This document shows positions 53,501 to 64,000 of a DNA stretch of 64,000 nt, one piece after another. A model generated the notes under the pieces. That model did not search any database and was not told the origin of the DNA. It worked only from the letters and a program-made list of their open reading frames with translations. The translations under genes were made by a program, and so were the position numbers. Positions within the stretch are counted from its first letter, which is position 1; every line of letters starts with the position of its first letter. This DNA comes from Fimbriosthenelais zetlandica (Eukaryota). The DNA is taken from the NCBI GenBank assembly GCA_977030845.1, contig OZ365116.1, positions 17,298,001-17,362,000 on the forward strand. The letters run 5' to 3'.

Positions 53501-54691
53501 ATGGTATAATATTGCCAGAGTGGTACTGTCATGAATGCACAGGATCAGTCAAAGTCACGTGCGCACTCCATTTACACTTGATGTGACAAAAAAAGGTGTT
53601 TCAATGACAGTACAAAGTAAAAACTATTGATTGTGCTCCCCCCAATGATTTATATACAGTATGATCCGGCAGCGAGAAACGGAGAATCAATAACATACAT
53701 GCAGATCTTTCAATAAAAGCATTCAAATAAATATAAAGGAGCTGGAAATTCCCATCTATTGCACACATTATCAGCTTAGAATGAACGTCCATAGCATCAA
53801 GGGCAGTGGTCAAGCCTGCTCCGTATTCAAACCATGCACAAATATTCAGTGCGGTGTGGGAGGTTAAGGGGTGGGTATTTAGAAGTGCAACCAAAGATTG
53901 GATCAATCTACTTCTCTATACCTCCTGCGGCAGCAGCCTGTGCCACTGCACCTCCCCAGGAGCCAACTGTTAGCCTTTGTTTGGGCTGATCTGCCTTACC
54001 CTTCTCACACTACATATGTTACAGGCGAGTTGATATCGAACCATGCGAGAAGCCAGTCTTATTATCTCCACCTCACTGCTTATTCTAACGACTCCGCCCT
54101 TCCCTCCCAGCATCTCACATACCAAGGCTCTCACCTTAAATTACTTTCAAATGTTTCACTCGAAAGTTTTATCCCGTTTTACAGTAAAATGATCAGACTG
54201 GCATTACCAGGGATTTGATTCTGCTTGCTTGGCTTCCATTTTGAATGGCGTTTTTGAGTGGCAGCCAGATTTGAACTGCAGTGTGATTTTACATATTAAG
54301 CCTTGGTATAATATTGGCTCAGATGCAACGCGTATTGGCTGAGGAACATTGGTGGTGCATCTCTGTGCGGCCAACAAGGTATGGTAAATGTACTAGAGGA
54401 CTTTCCAATTAATCCCACATAACAGTGTGACTTGCTGATCTCAACCCATCCTATAGGGATTCCATATTCTTATCTAATACATGCATCAACCACTCTACTC
54501 CAAAACTATAGACATTGGCGGTATCACATGAATAATGATGCATAGGCTATAATTAATATGGTCTCAATCAGAAGCACTAACTCCCTTTCCAACTGACTGC
54601 AGGTACAAAGCTACTTGAAAGAAGTGCACCGACATTTATATAAATGGGTTTTCGATCCATGAAACGAGCTGTAAGTCTGCGAGTTAATTCC

Positions 54692-54716
54692 CTGGTGAGG
54701 CTGGTGAGGCTGGAGG
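54692..54716 (+). repeat. 9-bp tandem repeat (ctggtgagg x2 plus a partial unit)
   Basis: ctggtgagg ctggtgagg ctggagg. Confidence 0.8.
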
Positions 54717-56109
54717 CTCAGTGAGACTAGGGCTCGGGTAAAACTACAATCCCTCACCCATGAAATATTAACATCATAAAGTGGGCAGCATTGACAGGAA
54801 GCACATATATAAACAACCCCTAGACGTGGTCTTTAATAATGAATGTCTAACCGCACAGTGTCCCACTTATCAGAGCCATACCGCAATCACTAGTCCTAAC
54901 CCAGATCCTGTATGGACTTTTACAAAATATCCCTTCTGATCAGTCTCTTTCTGATGAATTTCATCACAACAGCATTATGTTGAAATAATTTTAGATGACG
55001 GATGTCTGAATAATTCAAATGACCAAAAATCGACGTAATGAGTACGGCAGGTACGACAGCCAAACATGTTAATGTATGTTTACGTATGTTTAGTGAATCG
55101 TATTCTTCTAAAGACTACATGCCTAGAGCTTGAATCGATTTTCTCCTGAACAAGTTGATCTCTTGACCTGGTCCTACCAGAACAGACCAACCTAATTAAT
55201 CTGTGCCATGAAGGCAATGGCCTTGGGATGACCTAGCCACTGCCACAGAAGCTAGCTCCAAAAGGTTTGTATCGCCTTTAATGTTCTTTGATGTTTTGTC
55301 TCAGGGCTTGTTCTGAGCCTGGTAAATGGTTTTGTATCAGGGACTCACCCTCAATTACACGTGAAATCAGGCCAGCTTTCTCTGGCGCCATTACAGTAGC
55401 ATCATGAGTAGAGAGAAGTTTGTCAAATGTGTGTGACCTCAATCATGACGGCTAGAGTAGTTTTTCCAGGAAAGGGATTATTCATGAAAATGACTTCCAA
55501 AGGCAAATTTGATTAGATGATTGGAAGTACTGTAAAGACGGCTGAAATTGTTTTTCAGTCGCAAGCAATCGCAAGTCTTTTTGTCATTTCTTTCATTGTG
55601 ACTTAAATTCACATTCTAGTAGCAATAACAGAATCTGTATCAGCAGAAGATCCAGGCCAAATTATGTTTACCAGGGTGGATTACAGTGATCTGGGTTGGA
55701 TGAATAATTACTAAGGATTCTGGAGGAGACAGCCAGACACTGCAGGCCTTGAGAGGACCCAGTGAAAGAGTGCAATATTTTGTAATCCTCCAGAGAGTGA
55801 GAGCAGTAGATGGGCAGATAGAAGGGATGAATTAGCGACATAATGATCTGAATATGACAAAGTGATAAGCCAGGTCCCCAGGTACAGCCTCTTAGCTAGT
55901 CCATACCCTACATACACCCATCCATTCTCAGCCATCCTTACTCTAGAGCCTTTATAATTATGTATGAAACCAGCAGGCTATAGCCATGGGCTGATAAGCA
56001 ATAAATCATTTAGTCCACCCTAGATAAGAAAAATATTTCAGCCAGGAGTACATGCATGTAATGTTCTGGACAGTATCTGTACCATGTTTGAGCTTATCAA
56101 TATGGGCAA

Positions 56110-56593
56110 CAAGGGGGTAAAACCTAGGGGCCTCACCCGTTTAATAATCATAGATCAATCAGCATTTCGAAACAGCCTGGCATCAGGCCTGCTAACCAGA
56201 AGGCAGAGGCCAATAGAAATCGATAATGCCATTCATGATCATCTGTATGCAAAGAGTCAAGATCCTCACCCAGCCACCCACCCTTGTACTGATCAGCACC
56301 ATCAGCATCAGAACAAGTGCCTTTTACACTTTTCCAAGACAAGAAAACACATGAGTTACACATACAATGATTGCAACTTCATAATTGCCAGAAAAACATA
56401 GGCATACAATGTCATGTACAAGACGTTTCTTTACTGAGGAGGAAACATGATGGTAACCAATGAACAAAAGTATAACCATCAGAAAAATAGATGGTTCCAG
56501 AATTGCTTCAGCGAACACTTTTTCTAAACGGTGAGGAAATGCAAACACCATTGATCCAGAGCTATATTTCAGTCGAGTTGAAACATATGCCAT
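56110..56593 (-). pseudogene. Decayed multi-pass membrane-protein-like ORF
   Basis: ORF 56324..56593 and its in-frame continuation past a stop give several hydrophobic stretches: SIFLMVILLFIGY, VAIIVCVTHVFSCL, ALVLMLMVLIS, WVRILTLCIQMIMNGIIDFYW. Confidence 0.35.
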
Positions 56594-59500
56594 TTGTAGG
56601 GGAAGTGACTGTTGTGTTTTTGCTTGGAGTGGATGTTAGTCTGGAAGGAGATTGGATGGGTGGGGGGAGGCTGGGATTCAACCTATTGACCTGCTTGCTC
56701 TTGGAAGCGCCAGAGACAAGCCAGGCTTGTAAGACAGGATTGATCTTGTGATTCCTGAGAGAGGGTCCCGCCTGCTAAGGCTTTCCACCTAGACAGGCTC
56801 CTTGTCTGTGAGCTGTTTAGACAAAACACTGAGTAAGGCAGACGGAGGAAGGCAAATAAAAATGATCAGCTCCCCCCATCAATGTGGGAGGGTGGGCGTG
56901 TCCCTTACAATGCCCAGCTATCAATTATAACGGCCCTTTATAAATACAAATCATCCTCATGAAACTGCTCACTCTCCCAGTCCTTATCTTATCTTCATTA
57001 ATCAATTATTTCTATTAAATTTCTCAGTCAAGTAGCAACTTCAATGGTAAATTTAGTTTATGACCCCCTTACAGGCCATTGAGCCATTTCTTGAGAGTGG
57101 TTCATATGGATTCATTCTGAGGAAAAAGGTACCTTGAGCTTGTGAAAATCAATACATATATCCTGATAAGATCAACTGGATTTGCTTCTCGAAGTAAATC
57201 AATATCGAAGGAAATATCTCAAATAATAGTTTTCTCATTTGAGTATATACGATGTATGAAACATGGCACATTGCTAAGGCACATACATCCAAATATTCAT
57301 GGTTTTTACTATCATCATTCACCAGTTTATTGTGCCAGGAGCAGCGGTTCGTTTCTCTGGGATATCTCAACTTAGAAGTGAAAGAAAGGAGACAAAATAC
57401 TTCTTTTATCTCTCAAAGGTTAATGGATGCCAAGTCCTGGACGTGCAGCTTTAATGGTATACACCTTAAGGTGTCATGGACAAAGACCATTATCGTAGGA
57501 CGGCCTCCACAATAGACTCATAAAACGGTATTTCATGGTACGAAAGCAATTCCGGGGTGAAAAGAATGGTTGTCCTGCTGCTCAGACAGGTTGAGACAGC
57601 CGCAGACCTATACTGACCTCACCATCAGTGCTTTTGGTCACGTGACTTCCATCCTAGTTCCCAGCCATGAGGCTCTTCTGTCACTTTACTGTCTTATACA
57701 TTTCTGTGGTCACGTCATCGTGGCATGTTGAGTCCCACACAATTTTTCAGCTGTTAATTTACAGCAAAGTATGCTTAACCTATCCTGTCCATTCCAGGTG
57801 TAATGACTCTGGCAACACTAGACATAAGTCAAACACATCTGAGTTATACAATTTACTTCATAACTTTCTACTGTCTACTGCAGAACTACTTATTGCCATG
57901 TCATCATCCCCTTCTAACACATCCTATAATGAATTATCTGCACCCAACGGCAGGAAACATTTTTTTCCTAAGAGTTCCATGATCCTTTGTACGTATATTG
58001 GGAGGGGAGGGCGTCTAGTGGCGTTACTTTGGAGCAGGAGGTTCTTTTGACCAGAGCTTGGCACGTAAGTTTCGCCAAGATGTGTTAAGAGGACTATCGA
58101 ACATGGGCAGATGTCTCGCTACAGTGGTATCTGCCAGGCTTTATGGACGGGAGAAAGGACTCAGGTGTGGACCAAGCTTCATCCTTAGGCAGTCTGTTAA
58201 ATCCAATTAATGTCAGTTCAAGTCTAGTAAACAGACATCTATACACATTTACCTCCATTGGAAATGTTTTAAAAGGATCATACTACTTTGGGAGAGTGAT
58301 ATTTCTTGAAGTAAAATCAATAAAGATGAATATTCACTGAGCACATGTGGTGGGCTTTGCGCCTCAGCCTTGGCCGTCTCATTTATTTTTGACTAAGGAA
58401 AAGACATTAGACTTGTTTAGGGAAAGTCATCGATGTTCAAGGTGATTTAAAAGGAAGTACATAAGTTGTTGTCTTCTGCTGTCAAGCACGTTTTAGAACA
58501 AGACCAGGAACCCCTCGACCTTGTCTATATTTTATCACCAGTTTAAGTGCTAGCACATGAATAAATTTCCATATGACCCAAACAGCGGTTCTATACCCTC
58601 AAAGGGAGGCGAAAGATGTGTGAAATCTCCGAGCATTCTATTAAGGAAGCACTGCAACTGATGATGACATAAAAGAGCACTAATTACCCCCCTGAGTCTA
58701 CAGGTAGAAGATGGGGAGGAAAGCACACCTGAATGTGAGATCCATCTTAAATGTCTAAAGGTAAAATGAGAGGGGGAGTAAAATTAACCTTCAGCTCCGG
58801 GGTTAATCAAGCTTGAAACACGTCGTCTTAGCAGATGTCTAGCTTTTCCAAGCTTAACAGACTAAATACTTTGGACAATCAAGGCTTTACACCCAAATAT
58901 CGGTATTTCTGGGACCTTTATGTACTTGTCCAGCATTCGTTTCCTGGATAAAGCCCAGATCAAAGAATGAAAGCCATCTTTGAAGGGAAGTTTCTTGTCA
59001 TCCCATGTCACCTCAACAAAAATGTAGTCGTTGTATGCCCATCATGACCGGGTATTTGATTTGAATGTTGACTGACAAAGCCTTCTTCGGGATCAGTGAG
59101 GAGAATATTTAAACAAATCTAATATTGATTTTGATTGATTCCAAGCCCACAGGGAAAAGCCATCTTACAAATTGAAATGTGAGAAAATCCACTCTGTGAA
59201 AAAACAAGGTCAGGGATTTCACAGGAAATTGGTGGTTTGAAAACGATCCATGAGGATAAAACCCTGCTAACTTTTTGATTCATTAAGGGCTGGGCTTAAA
59301 AATGACTTTCATTGTTTTGCGGGGACCCAGTGGTGAAAAAACTGGCGAAGTCTTGTCATGAATCGAAAGGCAATTTGCCATGAGAGAAAACAGGTGGAAA
59401 GTCAGGTGCTAACCTTAAAGCTAAATGCAGGAACATAAGGATGATGCATAGCCTGCATCTGTTGGACATCTGGGTTCATAGTGCCCTGTTCCTCTTATTA

Positions 59501-60975
59501 GCCTGTTCTTGACTTCTCGGATGTAAATAAGGTCTGTTCTACATACCGGACAATTATTTTAGAATTCACAGCCACAAACAACATCTCATGGAGGCTAATA
59601 ATCAGCCCTACTCAGGCATGGCATCTGCTTGGTGGGTTTCACCGAGTGTGAGCAATTTGCTCAGTGCATGTTCAGGGTGAACTGGTTCCTCTTTAAAGCT
59701 ATTCCAGGCATGATTGTATACTTAACCCTTAACTTGTTAAAGCTAGGAGCACCAGTCATTGCATTGATTACTTCCCTTTGCCCTTCCTTTACCATCTTCA
59801 CATTATCAAGAAAAGCTCCATATGCAAGAATCACTGCAAGAACCATCAGGCAATGTTCACTGGTAGTTGACTAATTATTGTACCAGCTCATAAGAGATAT
59901 CCTCTAGATTATCATGACTTGCAATTCATGCAAAGTTTCATACCCGGCTCCTCCCATGTCTCCCCACGTAGTTCATGAGAAACATAACATTTAATTTCTT
60001 TAACCTCATTTCCTTCTTCTTGGGGCAGTGAAAAAAAATTAGACATCCACTTAACACTGGGGGGAATTGGGCACAATTTGCATTCTGCATGCATGGTTAC
60101 GGTAATTTCTCTCAAACATTAGCTGCCGACGCAGACTTAGTTCAAAAAGACTCTCCCATTCTGAGTGGGTATTATGTGCCCCTTGAGAGGCCTTTCTAAG
60201 CATGTATCTGGCCATACAAACATACTCTAGAGGGTACTGAGCACTGACCAATGGGCAACTGAGCGGTTAGCAGGTGCCTCAGGCCAACAGCTAGTGCCTC
60301 TAGCGAATCCATTTTCATGGCTGTTTAGCTAAAGGATTTATGCGAGAGAAGAAAGAATCCATCAATAACACTGCTAATAGTACATGAACCAGGTATGTTT
60401 CATTACTTGATTCAGTTAAATTCAACATATAAATTGTCATGCGAGGATTTCCCAACTGATCAACATCATTAAGTCTGATGTCATTCATTAGTCAGGAGTG
60501 GATCAATTTCAATGAATTATAGATTTGTTTTTCAAAGCCACTGAGATTGCTTTACCTTGCACAACATTAAGGTGACCATTAAAGATCATGTCCTTCGGGA
60601 GAGAAAAGATCAATAGTGAATCTATATGCAGTTCTAAGAAAGTACATGTAATCTGAGAGCTAAACACCTACTGGTTCAGGGCTAATAAATTAGACAATCC
60701 CCCAGCTTCATGTACCAGATCCATATTCATGACTTCCTCATCCATAGTAGATTTATTCTGATGAACAGAAACCAGGGAACAGATAGCATGGAGTACCACA
60801 ATAAAGGAGACTAGACAATGAGAGAAGAGAGGAAGCTGGCGTAATCACAAGACCACACAGATAGAGAGAAGGCAAAGAGAAAATGGATAGGACTAATGAT
60901 GTAAAATATAATGTGGCGTAATGTGTGATGGCGGAGTATTTATTTAGGGCTGGATTGTCCATGCTTTATCACATT

Positions 60976-61890
60976 ATGGCTCCCTCTTGGGCTATTATCA
61001 CCATGCTCGTATTCTCCTGATCTCCTCCCCATTAAATCAAGCCACTTTGGAGGCCGAATCTGGCACCCGAAATCCCTTTAGCTTATGTTGGTACAGGGCA
61101 ATGAGACCCTTGCTCATTATTGCTCAGACTCTCTGGCCCTATTGCCGGAGATACCAGCCTCCCCAGGTCTGCACTACTTATCACGGCCATTGGTGCATGC
61201 TGGCTGCACACACGGCTGTCTTTATCGCTTTGCACTTACGGAAAAGATCTAGATTCTCCATTGTGGACTAAAGACCTGTTCTGAGTTTCAACCAGTTCTC
61301 CGCCGGGCATCTGCGTCCAACAAGATAAAGGGAATAAGAAGTTTTGCTTGTGAAATATTCATGACCCAACTGGTTACATTGAGTATGGTACTTTCAGAAA
61401 ACAATGAGGTAAAAAAACGCCAATCATTTGGATGCAAGCATCTGGAAATATAAATTATAAAAGAGCGAAAGGTAAAATATGACTGGCTTTTATCAGACCC
61501 GGGAGGAAAGCGATGGTTAATAGAGACTAATGAGAGGGCTCTAATGGCACATAATAGGAGCTTATTGTTAGCGATTAAGATTAATAAGAATGTAAAAAGA
61601 TTGTTCTGCCCAGCATAACAAATGGTGCTTTTTGTTCACTGATTACCAGTAATGAACCAATGCTCGCTACCACACCTGTTGCCTTTTCCTCAGACAAGAT
61701 GGCACTACTGGCTGGGATCAGGGGCATTTATCTCCAGTGCTCCATATATATATGGTATATATCCTTTCATTACAGACTTCCGTACACAGGAAAGAATCTA
61801 TTTACCATCCATTCAGATTATATCCTGTCAGAATCGTTTAATAAAACTCTACATATATTTAATATTGAAAGGAATGTGAGAGGCATGTAA
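60976..61890 (+). pseudogene. Decayed secreted/membrane-protein-like ORF (~305 codons)
   Basis: ATG at 60976 gives MAPSWAIITMLVFS* (signal-peptide-like) and is in frame with ORF 61660..61890. Multiple internal stops; N-x-S/T sites near the end (NKT). Confidence 0.35.
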
Positions 61891-64000
61891 GGCCTGGGGC
61901 TGTTTGGGTGACGGCTGAAATAAGCCATTGACCGCTGCTGATGTATAATGCAATTTGAGGTGAGAATATGACAAGGCCGGGAATGGTGGAAGGCGGGATG
62001 GATACGGTACATGGTCATGTCATGACAGTCACATATGACCAGGCTCCTCCAGGGTTGGTCAGTCACCATCATGACCTAGACCTCTAGCCTCTCTTCCTCC
62101 TGGTGATGCTGAGTTCCTCCAGGGGCTCATGATACAATCTTTACCTATCTACACACAAACCAGGAGCAGCAGACAGCCTATTCCATACTAACCTCTTACA
62201 CACTATATAATACAGTGTGCTATTGAATAAAATATATATATACGATGTCCGTTTCCATATACTAACTTCTACTTCCTTTCCTTGCCTTAAACTACTCATT
62301 GAGCAGTAAGCACATGGCTCACAAAATGCTAGGGGAAAGGGAAACATGTAATTATGTTCAGACAGACTTTAAGATGTTTATTGTATGAATCGCCGTGAAT
62401 TATTTCAGCTATTTTGTGGGTTAGCTAACCGGTCGTTTGGCCGCTGTCCTATTACTACCTAGTATATAGCTGGGATGGCTTTGATGTGTCCAGAGAGCAA
62501 GAGGGCATAGACGGTAAGGTAAGATCCAGGGAGGCTGGGTGGACGGATGGCGGGCAGGTGGACACGCATAATAACAGCGCCTGGATCACTGTGAGGAGGG
62601 ATGTGCTTCTTTATTCTCCAGAGAAATGGACCCTTAGTCTAAATGCCAATTAGGTGGGGCAATAAAGTGAGGAATGGGTGCTGGTACCTGAGAGGGGACA
62701 TGGGGCATCAGAGATGAGGTGGTCAGTCGACCAGTGGAATATATGAAAACAGTTTCTTCGGGAAAAAAATGTTATATGGAAATACAAGCCTGAGGCGAAG
62801 TGGATTAAGTGGAAGGGCTGTAAGCACTGGTTTTAGGATGGAATCCCTCAGTGGGTTTAGACAGCCACGATGCCATGGCAGATGAACGTTCCATTTAATT
62901 CGGTATCTTTTTAGTAGGACTCATCCACCCAAGCCATTTGTTGTCGTCAAATCCCATTAGGGTTTTACAGGGAAATCACTTCAATTCCACACCCAGACAA
63001 TGGCCGTTTTACCAGGCTCCAATGGAGAAATTTGGCCGGGGTAATCATTGGAAACCACAGGATAAGTGATAAAATCAGGTCCGAAATTCTCATTTTTTAG
63101 AAATAATATTATGATCAGCACAAGGGGACTATGTACGGTAGCCTTACACTCATTGTCTCGGTTTATTATCTCCTGCTATGGCAAATAATGAAGCCAGCTA
63201 GTGTTAAGACCATTTAGGAACTCAATAGCCTCCCTAGGGCCTCATACCACGTGAGAGTGTAAATTAAATCTCAGTAATGTGACTGGAGAGACGATGAATT
63301 TAAGCAAGAGGCACCATCAGCAAGTAATAAAAACATCCCAAGGACCAGTAAAGAGTCTGGCTTGATGAGACACGAGACATGATTGATGGACTAATGAGAG
63401 GTCATCTTTACAGTGCTGGTGAAGATATAATAAGAGAGAGTCAATCATAATAGATGGATTGCTTACACGACCTATGGATCGATTAAACACATGGCCTAAC
63501 CCTTCAATACTTCTCCCGAGGGTAATGTCCTACTGTCACTAAGCCAGGCTACAAAATGATAACCCAGCCACAGCAAGGTGGACATGGAAAGAGGTTTATG
63601 ATGTAGTAGGGCTCGGTGATAACATTTAACTAAGGCAGTAGGAACCCTTGCCGTCCAGAGGCTGTAAAACTCACATAGGGAGGAACCTCAGTAATAGGAT
63701 ATTGCGTCATATTCCAGCAGTGCCGTGTATGGGGCAGGGTAAAGTATGATAGAGGTTGATTATTTCCTGCTCATATACACTATTGCTGTCAGATTTAGTG
63801 GTGAGAGGATTGAGAGGTCAGGCAATATGGCAGGAGGAAGGTGAAAGAACGGGACTTTATGATGGTGTGTGGTGGACTGATCATTTATCTCAGTAAGTAA
63901 GGATGAGTGAACAGAGTAATATCGAATACTGCAGATAGCGTCAGTTATGACATACAGATGGCTGGGTGGGCGGGAGGAGCCAGTCTGATATATACATGTA

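Larger units (their letters stand above)
1..64000. other. Decayed, apparently once coding-dense sequence (candidate endogenous large DNA virus or giant element relic); identity unresolved
   Basis: No ORF above 154 aa. Codon-phased low-complexity tracts, signal-peptide-like and transmembrane-like peptide remnants on both strands, CpG depletion, and no recognisable host retroelement motifs. No hallmark viral gene identified by eye. Confidence 0.4.

Noticed and set aside
55620-55665. PolB motif C lookalike SSADTDSV (minus)
   Set aside because: Lacks YG, and no motif A (DxxSLYPS) or motif B (KxxxNSxYG) was found at suitable distances.
59530-59580. RING-finger end CPVCR (minus)
   Set aside because: Upstream Cys/His ligands are absent and a different frame reads more continuously.

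Overview
No intact gene can be supported here: the longest ORF in the track is 154 aa, the ORF lengths are close to what random ~40% GC DNA would give, and I recognise no rRNA, tRNA or CRISPR array. CpG is scarce and CpA/TpG abundant (judged by eye), which suggests a methylated eukaryotic genome. The DNA does not look like ordinary intergenic sequence. It carries triplet-phased low-complexity tracts with synonymous variation (e.g. EDEDDEE...EEEEEE), a signal-peptide-like start, a multi-transmembrane-like stretch and strand-switching purine/pyrimidine blocks, and I recognise no host SINE, LINE or LTR remnants. My working hypothesis is a heavily decayed, once gene-dense giant element, possibly an endogenised large dsDNA virus. 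No hallmark gene was identified by eye, so this is inference. The one sharply defined structure is at 45.05-47.56 kb: a ~2%-diverged direct duplication (702 and 753 bp) flanking a ~1.05-kb insert. The insert has Helitron-like ends (5'-TC, subterminal hairpin, CTAG-3' followed by T) and holds a CpG-rich two-unit tandem repeat of palindromes. The duplicated segment itself ends in a second hairpin plus a CTRR-like tetrad, which would fit rolling-circle read-through.
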